From: Mobula hypostoma
Lineage: Eukaryota
Assembly (NCBI RefSeq): GCF_963921235.1
Contig: NC_086123.1
Location: forward strand, 28,954,001 to 29,018,000
Direction: 5' to 3'
DNA: 64,000 nucleotides
Numbering within the stretch: the first letter of the stretch is position 1; each line of letters begins with the position of its first letter. Below the pieces are notes generated by a model. The model was not told the DNA's origin, searched no databases, and saw only the letters and a program-made list of their open reading frames with translations. Both the position numbers and the translations under genes were made by a program. This document shows positions 24,867 through 38,654 of the stretch, piece after piece.

Positions 24867-25654
24867 CCGTGGACAAAAAAATTTTTTCAAAAGTGTTGCT
24901 TCTTCAGAAATTTTTTTATGCTAATGATAGACCATTTGAAGTTGAACACAAATTTAATTTCAGACTCCTTGTTTCACGTAGGAATTTGGAGAAACAAGAA
25001 ATGAACTTTTATTGAATAAAAGTTTAATTGCATAACGTTGCTGACACTTTGCAATAGTTCAACTAAGCAAAAAATGTTTTGTTGATGATTTTCTTTCGTA
25101 CTCAATAGCTGAAGCTTCTTGCTTAAGTGTCCAACAATAAACAGCCAGCATTAATGGATTCCAGTTGCCCTGATACCTCTTATCCATGAAAACAATGCCC
25201 CGGTGAAACCTTTCATCATGCTTGTCACTGATAGTACCAGGATTTGCAGGGAAGAAGCCTAAATGGGAATGCAGAAAAATTAATCTTTAGTGGCATGATG
25301 CACTTCATGGCTTTGAAGCATGTTCTCACCCAGCTACATCTAGTTTGATGCTCTGCAGTTGCAACAACAACATGTTCAACAACATCCGTGAATGCCTTCC
25401 ATGCGATTTTCTCTGGTCCCACTAGAAACTCTTTGAATTGATGACCTGTGTGATTAGTGGACCAACAAAAATGTCTTCTTTAATCTTGGCATCAGTTATT
25501 CTGACTTGAAATGTGAATTCAAATAACAATTATGGTGATTTCAATAAAATGGTGCATGATAGGGAAATTTCATGGTGATTTTCTTGATCAGCATCCCAAA
25601 ATCCATAAGATACACCCAAAAGTATTCTGGAAGCAAAATCTTTGTTGGACAATG
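24867..25654 (-). mobile_element. Internally deleted DNA transposon with an ISRm11-like transposase C-terminus
   Basis: The minus strand encodes degenerate KIAWKAFTDVVE..MPLKINF.HSHL.FFPANPG..SDKHDERFH...MDKRYQGNWNPLMLAVYCWTLK; TA-flanked degenerate TIRs. Confidence 0.72.
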
Positions 25655-26019
25655 TAACTAAATAACTATCTCCTAGAGGAACAAATTTTGTTTATACATA
25701 CAGTACTTTGTAATAAATTATCACAAATTGAAGTATCTACAATATCTATTTATAATTTTAGGAATTATATTTTAACTGGATCTGAAAATAATTCTAATTA
25801 AGCGATAGCAGAAGTGTACAATTCAAGTCCCAAGAAAAGGATCACTGTTAATTTACTAGTGAGAATATTCAATAAATTATACTCAATTCCATGATAAATT
25901 GTTTGTCTTGCTAATCATATACAATCGTTATGATGCTATTTATTGGAACTATGAACAAATACATTTAAAGTGGAAGCAACTATTTTATATTAACATGGTT
26001 CAAAGACCTGAATCTCATT

Positions 26020-26140
26020 TTTAAATCAGAGTTTAAACTTATTCCACAGCTCAGCCACACAATCTTGACAGGATACCGTGAGGGATCACACACAAATGGA
26101 GGTGTCACTCTTTGAATAAGGGTTTAGCCCGTGGGACGAT
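26020..26140 (+). mobile_element. Highly decayed Deu-domain SINE-like fragment
   Basis: GAGGGA...TGGAGGTGTCACTCTTTGAATAAG..TTTAGCCCG resembles the Deu/SacSINE central domain; a similar head remnant lies at about 52065-52145. Confidence 0.3.
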
Positions 26141-26802
26141 TTTTAAATCCAGTACAACAATTTCCAGCGGTTCAAAATTGGAGAGTATATCAATGTAAAA
26201 AAAATTTAAATTAATTTCACAGGAGTTTAATTGATAACCAAGGGCCATGTTACCTAAGCTGTACAAATGCTATTGTGCAATTTAGACACTGACCCTTCGG
26301 TGATCCTCTAAAACATACAGGACCAAAAAAAAAACAAGTGCACAATGATAAATGTCAGACGTGAATCATCCTAATCGTCTGCTTGTGATGTTTAATTAGA
26401 TATTAAGCTTTGAGCTTCTCCTGATGCCTGGCCACCAGGGCTTTAAAGTAAAGATGGATCTACCATGTCACGTTCAATGAATTTTTCATGTCAAGAATGA
26501 AATATCACTTTTACTCATTTAAAAGAATCACAGATAAAATTGAAAAGCTGGAACTTTACAAGGGATTATCTGATCAAACTGATTGACAAATTATTGCTGT
26601 GTTACAAGTTCAAGCTACGGAAAATGAACAAAATACTTCATTGTTTCTAAGGTTGTTATAACTGCTTGCCATTACGTATGCTGGGCACTGCATTCATGTC
26701 AACTAAATAAAAACTTGTGCGGTTCCCACTAAAGGCACAATGCAGGAAGAAGATGCTGAGTCATCTCCTCTTGTCTCTTTCCTAGGATTTTCCACATGGC
26801 AG

Positions 26803-26945
26803 GCAGGGTGGCATGGTAGTGTAGTGGTTAGCACAACGCTTTACAGTACTGGCAACCAAGGTTCAATACCCGCCACTGCCTGTAATGAGTTTGTACATTC
26901 CCCCATGTCCCCGAGTACTCCAGTTTCCTCCACAGTTCAAAGATG
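26803..26945 (+). mobile_element. V-SINE 5' fragment
   Basis: GGTAGTGTAGTGGTTAGCACAACGCTTTACAGT..GGTTCAATACCCGCCACTGCCTGTAATGAGTTTGTAC. Confidence 0.8.
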
Positions 26946-29529
26946 GCAGCCTGGCTGATTACAACAGCATCTTCCAGTCTTGCGGGGTAATTACAGGAGT
27001 GAGGATTTCAGAGACCTGTAGCTAATAACCTCTCAGCAAGACGAGTGCAAAAACTTCATGGTAAAGAAATGCAACGATATACAGATCTTAGCCACACTCA
27101 CCAATATAAATGTATAAATCATTCATTGAACTGTGATAAGGAAGAGGTCCCTTGTGAATTGCAAAAACTCAACACGTTACCAAATGATACATGTAAACAC
27201 AAATGCATGCCCTCAACTGATTTTCAACATATTCCTATATTGGCAGACTATTTGCCCATCTAAGCTGCTACATAACCTTCAGGCAGGTACTTACAACATA
27301 AGTATCTGCTTAATATTGAAATTGATATTCTATTTGATACAGCTATACTCAGCTCCACCTCTCATAGCCCAACCCTACATCCCCATCGTGAGAGGTGAAA
27401 ATGGGTAAGGCCAGCCAACAGAGCTCTGGTGAAGCTGTATAGGCCAACCCCTATAGTGGATACAATGGATTACAGAAACATTGATAAACTCCAACCCTAC
27501 CATCGACTTTGTGATTGTGATGGGAGGACAGCAATGGCTTATGCTCCACTAGAAGCTAAGGGCCCAAGAAAAAGAAGAGTAACTTCTCCTGCTCAGAAAC
27601 GGAATGATTGCAAATGTGAATGCTCATTCCCCGCAGGTCACAAATTGTTGTTAAAGGGAAGGGACTTGGAGGTAGTGGGCTGATCACATGCAACTGCAGC
27701 TGGCATGGACCAGATAGGTCAAGGCACTTGTTTCTGTGCTATATTACACTGTCACTCTGGTTTTCACATTTCCTATCTCTATCGTTTCACTTTCTGAGTG
27801 ACTCCAACTCAGATGTTCCTTCCTTTAGCCTCTGCTTCCTTCTCAGTCTTTGTATTTGATTGTTTCCATCACTCTGCAAGGTCAAGGTCAGGAAATAGGT
27901 CAAATTAAGGAGACATGCTCCAGCAAAATTTAGTTAAGTACATTAGTGTCTCATAGTACAAATAGCACTTCAACAAGAACACAGTCGAGGCTTCCTACTT
28001 AACAGGATAAATCCATACTGTCCTGAGTAAATGGACTTTAATGAAAGCATTGGGAGAAATCAGTCAACCCATATCATCTGCAGCTAGAGAGATGATTTAA
28101 CTGAAGAACCTGTTCAGGCAGCACAGTGAAGAACATTTAATTTTAAACAACTGGAAGGAGATGAAAAGTGGAAGCAGAAGTAAAAATTGCTCATATTAAG
28201 AAAATGAAATCTGGCTTCAAATACTTTCAAACAAGGATTAAAACCAGTGCCACTGCACTATTGACAACTTCCATCGTCTGGATCTCCAAACAGCTCGTAA
28301 TCTCTGTCCTCAACTTTGCACTGCCACTATGAAATAAATCATTATTTAAATTGGGGTGGCACATTAGGATTGTACTGGCACTTTGCAAAAACGATAGAAT
28401 TTAATTCCTCTCTGTTAACACATAATGAAAACTGACAGGTTGTACTCTGCCCTTTGTCCTTTCTCATCCCTGAATTAGAATTGTACAGAGTATAGGGAAT
28501 GATTAGCACAGATGATGTTCAGTGCCAAACATAATTATATTCAAAAGCTACAAGCACTTTGGGTGTTTGGAGAATTCTAATGATTTAAAAGGCAGTCACA
28601 GCACAAGAACCAGCTCTGCTTCATTGTACCATTGGAATATTTGTTATAGGTATAAATAAAAATAGCTTGTGGAGCAGGGACATGAACGTGATCTGCCAGG
28701 TGAACAAATGCAGCGTTTCCCCCTCCCCACATGATTTAAAACTATGCAAGTGGCATCCAAAACATGAACGTACACCCTTTCCTCGGCCTCCAATCCGTGA
28801 ACAATAGTGTTATTTCTCCTTCTAAATCATTGATAGAACATAAAATGACAAACAGCTCTAATGTTTCTTTTCCTTTCTGGGGATTTGGGATTCATGCAGC
28901 ACATTAGATGTGAGGCACACAATCAGTCATTATCATAATGATTGTCAGAGCAGACTTGAGGGGCCATATTGCCTGTTCTCTCTTTGATTTCTTATACGCT
29001 TAAATGTTGCTGCTCTGCATTATTTATATCATCTACACCTGTGATTTTTTTTTATTAGGTCTGCTGAATGGATTGAAATGCATGTCAGCCTAAATCTTTC
29101 TCTTCCATGTTCTTATTTTCTATTTTGATTTACAAGTAGTATTTTTTTAAAAATACATCAGTACTCTGGGGCGTACTGTTGCCCTGACAGCTGACTGCCA
29201 CTTTTGCATCGATTGATCCTGTTTGCAATAATCTAAATTCGGGATATATTTTGCCCTGTGCCAACGAATACCTTTCAGAGAACAATCAAAAAGTAATCTT
29301 AAAATTATAACGACAGAGGAGGAGGCCATTTGGCCCATCAAATTCATAATAGCAGTCCTGCTAGTCCACAACATGAACTCATTTTTTTTATGCTGGTGGG
29401 GAGGGTGAGGGGAGGGGAGGGAAGAGGTGCAGTTGACAGTTAGCACCAGAGAGTTTAGTGTGCACATGTTTGGGCAGATCAAAGGGATAACTCAGTTTAA
29501 TTTTAACGTCGCAGAGAAACAAATATCAA

Positions 29530-29685
29530 TATGGAACATCTGGTATGGAAACAGCAATGCCCAGGAATGAAAAGGGATACAGCCCAGTCCATCACTGGAA
29601 AAGCTCTCCCCACTGTTGTGCACTTCAAAAAAGCGCTGCCACAAGAAAGCAGCTCCCGTCATCAAGGACCCCCTCCATCCAGGCA
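29530..29685 (+). mobile_element. Rex/Babar LINE internal fragment
   Basis: WYGNSNAQE..DTAQSITGKALP..RKAAPVIKDP.HPG motif. Confidence 0.7.
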
Positions 29686-29719
29686 GTAGTGTATTTAATA
29701 GTTCAGGAATATTTGAGTA

Positions 29720-30935
29720 TTGTTAAAAGTTCAAAGGTTCATTTATCATCAAAGTATACAACTTGAAATTCTTCTTCTCCGGGTAACCATCAAACCAAGA
29801 AAGAAAAGAAAGGCAGCACAGTCACCAACCCCCAAAATACCCCCTCCCCACTCAAAAATGGAACAGGTACATCAAGCCCCCCCAAAATCCCTCCTCCCTA
29901 CACAAAAAAACAAAACAGAACAGGCACATCAACCCACAAATCCCTCCCCCCCGCACAAAAAAAACGAACAAAAACAGAACAGGCAAATCCCTCCTCCCCA
30001 CACAAAAAAAAACAAACAAAACAAAACAGGCACATTGACCCCCAAATCCCTCCTCCCTACACAAAAGAAACAAACAAAACGGAACAGGCACATCGACCCC
30101 CAAATCCCTCCTCCCCACACAAAAAAAAACAAACAAAACCAGAACAGGCACATCGACCCCCCCAATCCCTCCTCCCCACACAAAACAAAACAAACAAAAT
30201 GGAACAGGCACATCAACCCCCAAATCCCTCCTCCCCACACAAAACAAAACAAAACAGAACAGGCACATTGACACCATCCCCCCAAAATTTCTCCTCCCTA
30301 CAGGAAAAAAAACCAAGAAAGATCAGGGGAAAAGTACAAAATATATAAAACTTATAAGACTGAAAAAAAGTCTATAGTCCAAGTCCACATTCAAAATGGG
30401 AACACTCTCCAGGCCCAGCGGCAGACCTTTCCCTCTCCGTTGCGGATCAATCAAAAGACAGGCAGCCGGCGCTCACCTTCCACACTCGCCTTGATGCTTT
30501 AATCTCCCTTGACGCTTTAATTGGCGAAATAGAGTCGAACAACAGCTTGCACCCTGTCCTGCAGGCTTCCTGTCATGAAGTTCACACATGCTGCCTCTGT
30601 CTCCCGGAACCATCTCAGAGTCTGCAGAGCGCTGAAGCATCCAAATGATCTCCATGCTTCTGCATTCGCCTCGATGTTTCAATCCCCCCCCCCCATCACT
30701 TTAATTGGTGAACAATGGAAGCTTTAATCGGTGAGATTAAGTCGAACGTCGGCTCACAACCTGCCCGCCATGAGGTTCCCACACACTGCCCGGAATTCTC
30801 TCAGAGACTGCAGAGTGCTGGAACACCCAAACAATCTCCAAACAGCAAATCACAGGCTCCAGCAGTTCCAGAACCACATCCAAGATGAAAAACAAGTATA
30901 AAAGACATAAAAGAAGTGAAATATGTGGCTTCATG
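29720..30935 (-). mobile_element. Non-autonomous retroposon with an internal minisatellite and about 185-bp tandem duplication
   Basis: Rex-type tail at 29720-29765; same family as 15395-15862; 30478-30655 is repeated at 30660-30842. Confidence 0.6.
29825..30310. repeat. About 55-60 bp minisatellite, roughly 8 copies
   Basis: Unit GAACAGGCACATCGACCCCCAAATCCCTCCTCCCCACACAAAA(CAAA)n is directly visible. Confidence 0.92.
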
Positions 30936-30949
30936 ATCTACCCGGAATC

Positions 30950-32795
30950 TATACATAATTCATTGTGGGTATATGTACGAAGTATGTGAATGGCATACGT
31001 TATTATGCCACCACATGAGCACCTCACTAACAGAGAAGTAAGTCGACCAATATCCCCAGCTCCTGGGGTTTACTTTCAATTAGTTTATTTTTGGAGTTAC
31101 AAAACATAACCGTGGCAACAAGAAAGTTTTAAAGTGAAACTGAGATGCGCAACATGCCTTTTCTTTGGAAGGGGAGGGAGTTGTTTGAATTTTTTAAAAA
31201 TGAGAAAATGGGCAAAGTTCACGGGTTCATAAGCAGTGAGTACTGGGTGATAATAATAAATTTTAAAGAAGCAGAAATGGCTGGCCACATTAGAAAAAAA
31301 GATGCAGTCAACTGCAAAACAGACAACTGGATGATGTATACTGAACAAATATAGCAATATTTTGAAGCAAATGAAAAAGCCAATGAGAAGAGAGTGCCAA
31401 TTTTGAGCTTAATGATGCACTGAGAAATCATTTAGTTTGTGGACTCTTACAAGGAAACATTCAAAAATAGCTCCTACCCTGAAGCACAACGCACATTTAA
31501 AAGAGCAGTTGAAATCGCCGTTGCTGTGTCTGTTGAACTACATACCAATTAAATAAAGGCACACATGCAGAGTTGGCTTTAACTAGTATATTCACATTGC
31601 AGAGAGAGAGGTCAATGCACATGCATGGACAACAGATCAGTGCACATGCATAGTTATCAGTCCATAATCAGTGCTAAGGAAAGTCATTGCACTAAAAGAA
31701 ATACTGTAGATCCACACTTTACAGCTGTATCAATGTAAACACCAGCCACAGACTTAACTGGGTTGTAGTCAGGAATGAAAACGAGCATTAACAAAATTGC
31801 AATGTCTAAACAGAAATCTACCTGGCCAAACAAGTTGTGTTACCATAAAGGCAAGGGTTCACATACACCAGACCAATACAGGTTTAAAGGTAAAACTTGC
31901 AGAAAATGCAACAAACTAAGACACATACAAAGAGCATATTGGACAGAGAAAAAGATAAGTCAAGTCGAAGCTTCAGAAAGAGCACTGGTCTGCATACTAT
32001 TGATGAAAAATTTGATATTGATGAGAGTGACACAGGACTAGGTAGCCTGAGATTTCCATGTGAAAACTAACAGGAGGCAAGCAAAATGGCTTATACCAGA
32101 AGTGAATGACAAATGAATTTAAATGAAATTGGACATTGGCGTGGCTGTTTCAAATCATTCCACAAAATGAGTTTGAACAGCATTTCAAAGATACTAAAGA
32201 TATTTCAAAGATACTGCAGATATCCAATTAAGATCTTATACTGGAGAAAAGATAACTCCTGTGGGAATGACATTCAGAACACTGAAATACAACAAACAAC
32301 AAGCCACCTTGGGCTCATGCGTGTTAAAAACAGTAGGGCCATCATTGTGAGGCCGTGATTGTCTGAGACAACTACAGTTTGACTGGAGATCCATCCACAT
32401 TTGCATGCCACATCCCCTGCAACTGAAAGGTACTAGATGATGCTACAATCATGTTCAAAGATGGCATTGCAAAACTCAAATCAAGGGAAAAATAGTGTTA
32501 AATGAAAATGTCACACTCAAGTTATACGAAGCCCATCTGGTTTTTTATATCATCAGTGACAACGTAGCCAGTGAGCTGGAGCCACATGGAGGCTGAAGGA
32601 ATTCTTTCCAAGGCTGTTTGTTTCTCATGGGCAACACCAGTAGTCCCAGAATCCAAGAAGAATAGGACCGTCATTAAAATCTGTGGTGAATTTAAGATCA
32701 CCATCAACCTGGTACTGAAAGTACATCAATACCCTCAACCCAGGAAAGAGGAAATCTTTGTAAACCTTTCCGGAGGGAAACACTTCAGCAAAGAA
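30950..32795 (+). mobile_element. Decayed Gypsy (K02A2.6/Mag-like) LTR retrotransposon, 5' part
   Basis: LTR ends GGAGTTACAAAACATAAC at about 31110, followed by PBS-like TGGCAACAAG; gag MAGHIRKKDAVNCKTDNWMMYTEQI; zinc knuckle TCRKCNKLRHIQRA; RT start EGILSK..SWATPVVP..KICGEFKITIN..QYPQPRKEEIFVNLSGGKHFSK. Confidence 0.88.
31522..31723. mobile_element. Probable solo LTR inserted in Gypsy gag
   Basis: TG...CA ends; 5-bp flanks GCCGT/GCTGT (4 of 5 identical); removing it restores gag KRAVEIAVSM. Confidence 0.5.
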
Positions 32796-32807
32796 CTCAG
32801 TTTCCAT

Positions 32808-32858
32808 TTTATTTATTTATTTATTTATTTATTGATTGATTGATTGATTGATTAACTG
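32808..32858 (+). repeat. Compound microsatellite (TTTA)n(TGAT)n at the start of a Rex-type 3' UTR fragment (to about 33058)
   Basis: Directly visible; followed by a tail ending AACTTTGAACTTT. Confidence 0.85.
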
Positions 32859-33354
32859 ACTATTTCTTTCTTTTTTTAATATTTGCAGAGTTTGTCTTCT
32901 TTTCCATATTGGCAAATGCCAGTCTTTGCTTACAGTAATTCATTGGTTCTATCGTGCTTGTTTGTTCTACTGTGAATGCTTGCAAGATAATTAATCTTAG
33001 GGTCAGATACGGTGACATGTACTATGTACTTTGATCATAAATGAACTTTGAACTTTTAAGCATCACCCTGCCCATTCAAGCTCCACTTTCCCACCAGTCC
33101 CTTTCCAATGCTCCTTGCTCCAACTGACCAATAATTCCTTCTCAAGGATCAATTGATACTTGATGCAATCTTGGCTTGTTCAGTCGCGGAAAAGTGTAAT
33201 AGTACTAGTATTTGTAGAAGATTACATTAATACGATGTGCCCACCGTATTGATGCAATCATGACAAAGGAACACCTCCCAAACTTTTTTTTTTAATACCA
33301 CGGACTCCTGCTTTTAACCAAGGGGGTCCGTGGACCCCATGTTGGGAACCCCTA

Positions 33355-33722
33355 GCTGATAAGGAAGGATGATGGAACCAGGTGGAAGGTTGGATGGACA
33401 GGAGACCCAGAGCTTTAAGTGTGGGGGAGAGATGCATATGAAACCAGGTGAGGGAAGAGGAAAGAATCTAGGTAACAAGGGGCTAGAACTCAGGGTAGTG
33501 GGGGTGTTTTGAAAAAAGGAGTGGTGGACCAGGAGAGGGAAAGAAACACAGTGCGGTATGGGTTACTTTAAACTGGAATTCTTAGTCTCAGTCCTGATGC
33601 AGTGTGTCAACCGGAAACCTTGACCATCTCTCTGCCTCAACATATGTTGTCTGATCTGCTGAGTTCCTCCTTCAATCTGATTATTGCTTCGGATTCCAGC
33701 ATCTGCAATCTCTTGCGTCGTT
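33355..33722. mobile_element. Old inverted Penelope-derived structure
   Basis: G-rich minus-strand segment 33355-33580, then plus-strand CAGTCCTGATGCAG..GAAAC..TGCTGAGTTCCTCC..TTCCAGCATCTGCA. Confidence 0.5.
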
Positions 33723-35867
33723 TCTTTAATTCTGTTTCCTGTGGCCCTTGGACCATATGTTGCTCTGAACCAATTTCCCTCTACTTAGTCTATCTGAAGC
33801 CATCACGTGCACCTCTATCAAACCCCCTTCCACGTATCTTTGCTCCAAAGAGAACAAGTACAGTTTTTCCAATATAAACTTTTCCCAAGCAGGAAAGAAA
33901 TTTATCACCTCCATACCTCTTAAAAAGAACACCCATACAAGTCTAGGTGTGCAGGATATTAACAGAATTATTTTTGTCCCAACATGTCATATTAAAGGTT
34001 TATTGGACATCAAGTTCCTTCAGACTTACTTTTAAAGCTTATTTATTTGATGGATTATCTGATAGGGAACACAACGCTAATCCAGTGATGTTCTTTTGTT
34101 ACACAAATAAGCAGACAGGGCCAGCTCAGTAGTATACCACTAAGACCTCACAGTTCCAATGCTAATGAGACATAGATAGAAGCTCTGCTGGGATGACTTT
34201 CAAGTCTCACAAACATAAAGAGAAAGAATAATTTAGTCCAACTCTTCACAGGCAGCCAACTTGAACTGACAGAACGCAGAAACCCAGTAACTAACTATGC
34301 TGCAGCTGTACTGAACTCATCTAAAATGGCAAATGCAAACCATGCATAACCACAGAAATATTTTGGCTTTTGAACTGCAAGATTTTTTCTGCTTTTTGCA
34401 CGAGATGACATCAAGAAACAAACAAGCCTCACAAAACCAAGCAACTGTTTATAATTGTGCTATATGGAAAAAAAATTTTAATTTCATGAAATGAAGACCA
34501 TGTAATATTTGCATTTAACACATTAATGTTCGGGTGTTGTTGCTTCAAATTTCATGACAGGATTTAACAATATTTAAGAATAAAACATGGGAGTACTGCA
34601 TGACAGTGATGCCATCCTCCAGCTAGAGCGTTAAAGAAACATCAGCCTCCTCTGTTTGACGATATGACCTCAATGATCACAGCATGTCTTGAAGAACTGG
34701 GTTAAGCTCATTCATAACCCTGGGTCAAAACTCTTCTCCTAACCAGCAGCACACTTAAACCGATCAGCTGGTCATTCAATTTAAGATTGCTAGTAAAGTT
34801 CTGATGGTTTTCATATTTGGATGCAAAACAGACATTACATTTCCAAGCAATTAATTATTTGGGGAATGCACCAGGACGTGTCTACGAATGTAGGACTTGC
34901 CTTTCTTTTAATTTCACTCATATCATATATCCAACATGGGACATTCCACTGGGGCCTGATAAAAGCCATGTTCAAAGTAGGGATTATAATAACAACAATA
35001 AAAACAAGGAACTCAGAATTAATAATTATACATACAGCAATGTGTTCTCAACCAATGAATCAAAGTACTACATCTCAGTACAGGTAGTAAGCATTTTAAT
35101 AATATTAACAGTATATTGGGAAGATTTATGAGAGTGGGGATTGTAAATGTGATTTTATAATGCAAAAAATATGTAGAAAACTCACTCAAGTTACAGAGAA
35201 GAATGGCAGTTCTGAGACGGTGTAAAATTAATAAAATCAAATGAAAGAAACCTGCAGTTTTAAGTGCACAATTCATCCTGGCATACTGAATGCTTGTTGC
35301 TTTATTTCCGACACAAATGAACTCAGTCTGTTTATCAAACAGTTTTGATCATACAAGTTGACAGACAGAGCATATCTTTCTTTCAAAAAAAAAAGCACAA
35401 CTGGTATTACATTTTCCTTGACTGAACAAGTCGGTGTGATTACTCGAGCTGAGTTTTTTTTTTAAGTGACTCTTTTTTTGAAAAAATGTAACCATTAATC
35501 ATATTTTTCCTGAAGGTTTATGAAGGGTGAATTTAATAAGATTTCTTGACTTTGCTGCCAAAAGCTACATGTAATCTGCAAGGTCAGTGGGAGCTTAAAA
35601 TTTAAAATCTCATTCTTTTTAATTTTGAAATCAGAAAGCAAGCATTACCTGTGTTTCTGTGACTCTTTCAGAACTAATGGCTGAGCTACGTACGTTAATA
35701 AATTTTTTCACTTACATAAAACAGAATGATTTCCTTGTAAACCTTTTAACCTGATCGATTTAGTTCTTTTAAATAATCAGAAGTGATACAGGAACCCGGC
35801 AGATATTAAATCTATATAACTATTCAATTATTATTTTTAATTTTGCTAATAAGATGTACTCCAACTC

Positions 35868-36257
35868 AGAAGAATGAGGGGATCTCATTGAAACTTATTG
35901 AATGTTGAAAGACCTCAAAAGAGTGAATGTGGAGAGGATGTTTCCTATGCTGAGGGAGTCTAAGGCCAGAGGACAAAGCCTCAGAATAGAGGGACGTCCT
36001 TTTAGAATGGAGAAGAGGAGGAATTTCTTTAGCCAGAGGGTGGTGAATCTCTGGAATCTGTTGCCACTGGCGGCCGTACAGGCCAAGTCGCTAGATATAT
36101 TTAAGGCGGAGGTTGATAGATTCTTGATTAGTCAGGACAGGAAGGGATACGGGGAGAAGCAGGAGATTGGGTCTGAGGGGGAAATAGATCAGCCATGATG
36201 AAATGGTGTAGCAGACTCAACGGCCAAATTCTGCTCCTATAACTTTTGGCTTTATGG
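35868..36257 (+). mobile_element. CR1 LINE 3' fragment
   Basis: ORF 35902-36198 RVNVERMFPMLRESKARGQSLRIEGRPFRMEKRRNFFSQRVVNLWNLLP..FKAEVDRFL. Confidence 0.9.
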
Positions 36258-36329
36258 AGAGAATTAACATGCATCCTGATATGGAACATGATGCAGTGTT
36301 TTTAACTAATGGTAACATAAGTGCAAAAT

Positions 36330-36425
36330 AACACAGAATTGCTGGAAGATCTCGTCAGGTCAGGCAGTATCAATGGAAAGGAATAAACTGTCGACGTTTC
36401 AGACCAAGACCCCCCATCAGGGCAT
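36330..36425 (-). mobile_element. Penelope pseudo-LTR-derived short copy
   Basis: CAGGTCAGGCAGTATCAATGG..GTCGACGTTTCAGACCAAGACCCCCATCAGG. Confidence 0.7.
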
Positions 36426-36569
36426 CAGCAGTCCACAGTTTAATCAAATGTGTGCTGCATGTCAAATAGGTATGGTTTTTCTCTCCATCTTTCAGGAATA
36501 ATAGTTAAAAATTAATTGTCTTTTTTTTAAAACGTTACTGGGTAGTTGCATTAATTATTAATCATGTGA

Positions 36570-37865
36570 GCAGCACAGTAGCGTAGTGGTTAGCACAACG
36601 CTTTACAGTACCAGCAACCGGGGTTCAATTCTGCCATTCTCTGTAAAGAGTCTGTACGTCCAACATATAATTCTCCATAACTTCCGCCACATCCAACGGG
36701 ATCCCACCACTAAGCACATCTTTCCCTCCCCCCCCCCACTTTCCACAGGGATCACTCCCTACGCGACTCCCTTGTCCATTCGTCCCCCCCATCCCTCCCC
36801 ACTGATCTCCCTCCTGGCACTTATCCTTGTAAGCGGAACAAGTGCTACACATGCCCTTACACTTCCTCCCTTACCACCATTCAGGGCCCCAGACAGTCCT
36901 TCCAGGTGAGATGACACTTCACCTGTGAGTCAGCTGGGGTGATATACTGCGTCCAGTGCTCCCAGTGCAGCCTGCTATATATTTTCGAGACCCGATGCAG
37001 ACAGGGAGACCGTTTCGCTGAACACCTATGCTCTGTCCGCCAGAGAAAGCAGGATCTCCCAGTGGCCACACATTTTAATTCCACATCCCATTCCCATTCT
37101 GATATGTCTATCTACAGCCACCCCTACTGTAAAGATGAAGCTACACTCAGGTTGAAGGAACAACACCTTATATTCCGTCTGGGTAGCCTCCAACCTGATG
37201 GCATGAACATTGACTTCTCAAACTTCTGCTAATGCCCCACCTCCCCCTCGTACCCCATCCGTTATTTATTTATATACACACATTCTTTTTCTCTCTCTCC
37301 TTTTTCTCCCTCTATCCCTCTCACTATATCCCTTGCCTATCCTCTGGACTTCCCCCTCCCCCTTTTCTTTCTCCTTGGGCCTCCTGTCCCATGATCATCT
37401 CATATCCCTTTTGCCAATCAACTGTCCAGCTCTTGGCTCCATCCCTCCCCCTCCTGTCTTCTCCTATCATTTCGGATCTCCTCCTCCCCCTCTCACTTTC
37501 AAATCTCTTACTAACTCTTCTTTCAGTTAGTCCTGACGAAGGGTCTCGGCCCAAAACGTCAACTGTACCTCTTCCTAGAGATGCTGCCTGGCCTTCTGCG
37601 TTTTCCAGCAACTTTTATGTGTGTTGCTTGAAATTCCAGCATCTGCAGATTTCCTCGTGTTTGTGTATGTCCTCCCTGTGGAATACATGTTTATCCTATT
37701 GGGTGCTCCCATTTCCTCCCACAGTCCAGAGACATACCGGTTAGTAGGTTAATTGGTCATTGGAAATTGTTCCGTGATTAGGCGAGGGTTAAATTGGAGG
37801 TTGCTGATTGGCAACATTCGAAGGGCCGGAAAGGCTTGTTCTGTGCTGCATCTCAATAAATAAGT
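36570..37865 (+). mobile_element. V-SINE split by a Penelope insertion
   Basis: Head at 36570-36660; the V-domain resumes at about 37664 (TGTATGTCCTCCCTGTG) and ends CTCAATAAATAA. Confidence 0.8.
36662..37663 (+). mobile_element. Penelope-like element 3' part (GIY-YIG endonuclease + pseudo-LTR)
   Basis: IYCVQCSQCSLLYIFETRCRQGDRFAEHL..VATHFN..LKEQHLIFRLGSLQPDGMN; near-duplicated flanks TGTACGTCC/TGTATGTCC; hammerhead motif at 37529-37564 with GAAA changed to AAAA. Confidence 0.93.
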
Positions 37866-38654
37866 AAGTAAAAATGGCACGTGCCAAGGGATGTGTGAAA
37901 GTGCTGCTAAAAGCAAACTGTTGAATGAAGAAAAGCTTTATTGTTGGCCTTTGGAATTCACTCCATCACTTCTCTCTCATCGTATGGATGTGGACAAAGA
38001 GCAGACTGGATTCTTTAAGTCTACAGGTTATAGTAAGTGTTTTTCTGCTTTGTCAGGGACTTTATTATAGTAACAGTCCACGTGACTGATCAAAGACTTA
38101 AGTATAGCTCCATCAACGTGGCATTAGCAGCACCCTCTTTTTTTTAAATTACTTTCTTCTCCCCCTTTTGGAAATCCCTCACTTCCACTTGTAACATTTC
38201 ACCGTGGTCCCTAACCAAAAGGAAAAGGTTTGCATTTGTGTGACAAAATTTGAGAACAATCACTCCTGGAATCAAAAGAGGCCAAACACACACACGGGGG
38301 ATACACACCAGGCCACGTTAACACGCTGCTACCTGACCTTTTTCATCTAAGCACTCAAAATGAAGATTAGACAGGTAGGCCAAGGGAAACTGCGAGGATC
38401 AATGGGAGAAGAAATGGATTTACGGATGATCTGTATTCGGGAAGGGATGGAAATCCAGGAGAGAGGAGCCTACAGATTCCGACAGGGACCTGAAGGAGCT
38501 CTTTTTCTCCTCCTTGCTCAAAAAGAAAGAGAAAATATCTGAGGGAAAAACATCTAGCTTGTTTCAGCCAGCAAGCATTCAGTCAGCTTCACACTCAGGA
38601 CAACATCACAATGGTAAAATGGTCCATTCCCCTCTGAAAACACTGAGAGAGTTA

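Noticed and set aside
29825-30310. Regularly spaced repeats resembling a CRISPR array
   Set aside because: The intervening sequences are not unique spacers, no cas genes are present, and the context is eukaryotic.
29720-30316. Long ORFs on both strands (183, 154, 118 aa)
   Set aside because: They are translations of a low-complexity minisatellite that lacks stop codons; not proteins.
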